Source: a virus. Taken from it: 64,000 nt of DNA. Both the position numbers and the translations under genes were made by a program. This document shows positions 62,268 to 64,000 of the stretch, one piece after another; the stretch's first letter is position 1, and every line of letters begins with the position of its first letter. Under the pieces are notes generated by a model. It was not told the DNA's origin. It searched no databases and worked only from the letters and a program-made list of their open reading frames with translations. The stretch lies in the IMG/VR virus record IMGVR_UViG_3300035682_000025, positions 8,042 through 72,041 of that record. One strand, given 5' to 3'.

Positions 62268-63233
62268 ATGGCTATTTATCAACCGTATTTCTACATCATC
62301 CAAGATAAGCGCAACGGCATCTACTATGCCGGCGTCAAATGGGGGAAAGATGCAAACCCATCTACTTTTATGGCAGAAGGTGGCTACACGACTTCATCAA
62401 ATACAATCAACGACCTCATTAGACAGTATGACTTGAGCACCTTTATCATCCGCAAGATCAGAACTTTTGAAACTGCTGAAGAAGCTCAAGATTACGAAAC
62501 CAGGTTTCTTCAAAAGGTGGATGCCAAGAATCATCCAAGATTCTATAATGGCCACAATAACGATTGGATTCTATCCCCGAAAAAACTAAAACTTCTTATG
62601 ATAGAAAGGTATGGGGTCTCATATGCGTTACAAAATAACGAAACGAGAGAAAAAAGGTTTAATACCATTGAAGAAAGATATGGCGTAAGACATCCAATTC
62701 AGTCTGATATCATCAAGAGTAAAATGACCAATACCATGCGCGAAAGATATGAAGTGAGCTGGGCTTCACAGTGTCAAGAAATCAGAAATAAAATGACCGA
62801 AACTACAAAAGAGAGATATGGCGTAGAGTATCCAGCACAATCTATAGAAATTAGAAACAAAATGAAAAAAACAAACCTAGAAATAAGAGGCGTTGAATAC
62901 CCAACACAATCAGAAGAAGTTATGAATAAACTAAGAGAAACCAATTTTGAAAAATATGGTGTGGGAAATGTATTTCAAGCAGATGAAATAAAAGAAAAAA
63001 TAAGAAACAAAAATCTAGAAACTATGGGAGTCGAAAACCCATTCCAATCAGAAGAAATAAAAAGTAATATACGAGCTATAATGACTGCTAGGCACAATCG
63101 AGTGGAAGTTCAAGAAATAAAAAAATATGTAAAAAAGTTCAAGATAAAACTCCAAAGAAGCTGGAACAAAAAGCCTGATGAGTTTATTCAAAACCTACTT
63201 AGTAACCTAAAAAAAGAATACGGCGAAATATAA
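62268..63233 (+). CDS. GIY-YIG homing endonuclease with tandem ERYGVxYPxQSxEI repeats
   Basis: N-terminal YFYIIQDKRNGIYYAGVKWG GIY-YIG motif. At least seven repeats of about 20 aa ([EK][RK]YGV[EN].P.QS.EI.NK). Confidence 0.7.
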   Translation: MAIYQPYFYIIQDKRNGIYYAGVKWGKDANPSTFMAEGGYTTSSNTINDLIRQYDLSTFIIRKIRTFETAEEAQDYETRFLQKVDAKNHPRFYNGHNNDWILSPKKLKLLMIERYGVSYALQNNETREKRFNTIEERYGVRHPIQSDIIKSKMTNTMRERYEVSWASQCQEIRNKMTETTKERYGVEYPAQSIEIRNKMKKTNLEIRGVEYPTQSEEVMNKLRETNFEKYGVGNVFQADEIKEKIRNKNLETMGVENPFQSEEIKSNIRAIMTARHNRVEVQEIKKYVKKFKIKLQRSWNKKPDEFIQNLLSNLKKEYGEI

Positions 63234-63302
63234 GCTTCAAAGAGTGTAACTGGATTCTTTGTGTAGGGAAAGGTGTTCATGCCTGTCTCTCCAAAAGAAG
63301 AA

Positions 63303-63326
63303 AGGCTCTCAAGCGAGAGCCTTTTG
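63303..63326 (+). terminator. Rho-independent terminator after the second GIY-YIG gene
   Basis: AGGCTCTC-aagc-GAGAGCCT followed by TTTT. Overlaps the last codons of the convergent minus-strand gene. Confidence 0.65.
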
Positions 63327-63995
63327 CGAGGTGCGCGAGATTGCGCGACCCAAGTTCACTCGGTCGCCAGCGGCGCTCCCAGCACCGAAAGCGTTCCAAT
63401 TGGAAGACCGAATAACCGTCTTCACAGTACGAACGCGTGGGTGTGCCTTGTTGAATTCCGCATTGACCTCTTTTGCCTTTTGTTCAGCAATTTCGGAGAC
63501 AACGAGAGCGGTGGAAGAAGCGGTGGAGCCATTCTCGATCCGCAACCGTTCAGCATCACGCTTCTGGGTCTTACGGTCATTGTCGCGCTCATTAGCCATC
63601 TCATAGAGACGATTTGACACGCGGGTCGCCATCGCATTCTGGAACGAAGTTTTTGCACCGTAGCCAAGACGACCACTTTCAACTCGCTTGTAGTTCTCGA
63701 ATTCACGGTCCAGAGCATCCTTGATGACACCGACAAGGAATTCGGACAATTCGATGTCAGGGCGGTGACCAGTGAAAGTGACTTCACCAGAATACTTGTT
63801 ATAGATACACTTGGTTTCGGTGAACTTCGCGATGCCAGTCAAGCACAAGAGAACTTTGTGCATATGAGAGGTGCCCTTGAGAATTTTCGTATTAGCAACG
63901 CGGGTGATCACTTCAAGTTTGATCTCACCGGAAGCTTCCGCAATCGCCAGTTCAGCCTCTTCGATATTGTAAGCATCCATCAGCTTCATCGCCAT
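63309..63995 (-). CDS. Hypothetical protein (GC-rich)
   Basis: 228 aa ORF with a start 5 nt from the window edge (true start may lie beyond). Lys/Arg/Ala-rich helical C-terminal half. Confidence 0.5.
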   Translation of the reverse strand: MAMKLMDAYNIEEAELAIAEASGEIKLEVITRVANTKILKGTSHMHKVLLCLTGIAKFTETKCIYNKYSGEVTFTGHRPDIELSEFLVGVIKDALDREFENYKRVESGRLGYGAKTSFQNAMATRVSNRLYEMANERDNDRKTQKRDAERLRIENGSTASSTALVVSEIAEQKAKEVNAEFNKAHPRVRTVKTVIRSSNWNAFGAGSAAGDRVNLGRAISRTSQKALA

Positions 63996-64000
63996 CGTGA

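Overview
This window comes from a T4-like myovirus (T4-type core gene order), as far as the sequence shows. Positions 1-15.3 kb on the + strand hold the late morphogenesis module: a 5-prime-truncated tail fiber gene, an inserted delta-9-type fatty-acid desaturase, then clear homologs of T4 gp15 through gp23 (gp15, gp16, gp17, gp18, gp19, gp20, two unknown genes, gp21, gp22, gp23). Each of these is preceded by a T4-type late promoter with an ATAAATA core. The remaining 47 kb is a leftward (- strand) block of about 110 tightly packed, mostly small early/middle genes. They are driven by at least 20 copies of one conserved sigma70-like promoter (TTGACA-N6-7-CGAATCGGTG-TAGATT/TAGTGT). Recognisable products include PhoH, RNase H, an Rnl1-type RNA ligase, a second RNA ligase fused to a putative tRNA-binding domain, ATP-dependent DNA ligase and Dda helicase. 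Others are a GapR (DUF2312) nucleoid protein, a DprA-like Rossmann protein, a PTH2-like peptidyl-tRNA hydrolase, a CCA-adding-like nucleotidyltransferase, a 2H phosphoesterase and two NT5C/HAD nucleotidases. The block also encodes a cytidine/dCMP deaminase, a PD-(D/E)XK nuclease, a hexapeptide-repeat protein, a PAAR-like protein, glutaredoxin, a GatB/YqeY-domain protein, an SPFH/band-7 protein and a metallophosphoesterase. Three free-standing homing endonuclease genes (two GIY-YIG, one HNH) sit on the + strand. All three share a conserved late-promoter/leader element. The HNH gene is inserted antisense between two nucleotidase genes and is flanked by a perfect 30-bp direct repeat. Candidate new systems are a translationally coupled lipoprotein/acidic-protein/lipoprotein trio, a multi-gene tRNA/RNA-repair toolkit, a GC-rich island with a 384-aa unknown protein, and a 458-aa protein with seven tandem repeats and a T5orf172/GIY-YIG-like domain. 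The GapR homolog suggests an alphaproteobacterial host. The ORF track sometimes uses non-ATG starts and misses ORFs under 60 aa, so several starts were re-assigned and coordinates may be off by 1-2 nt.
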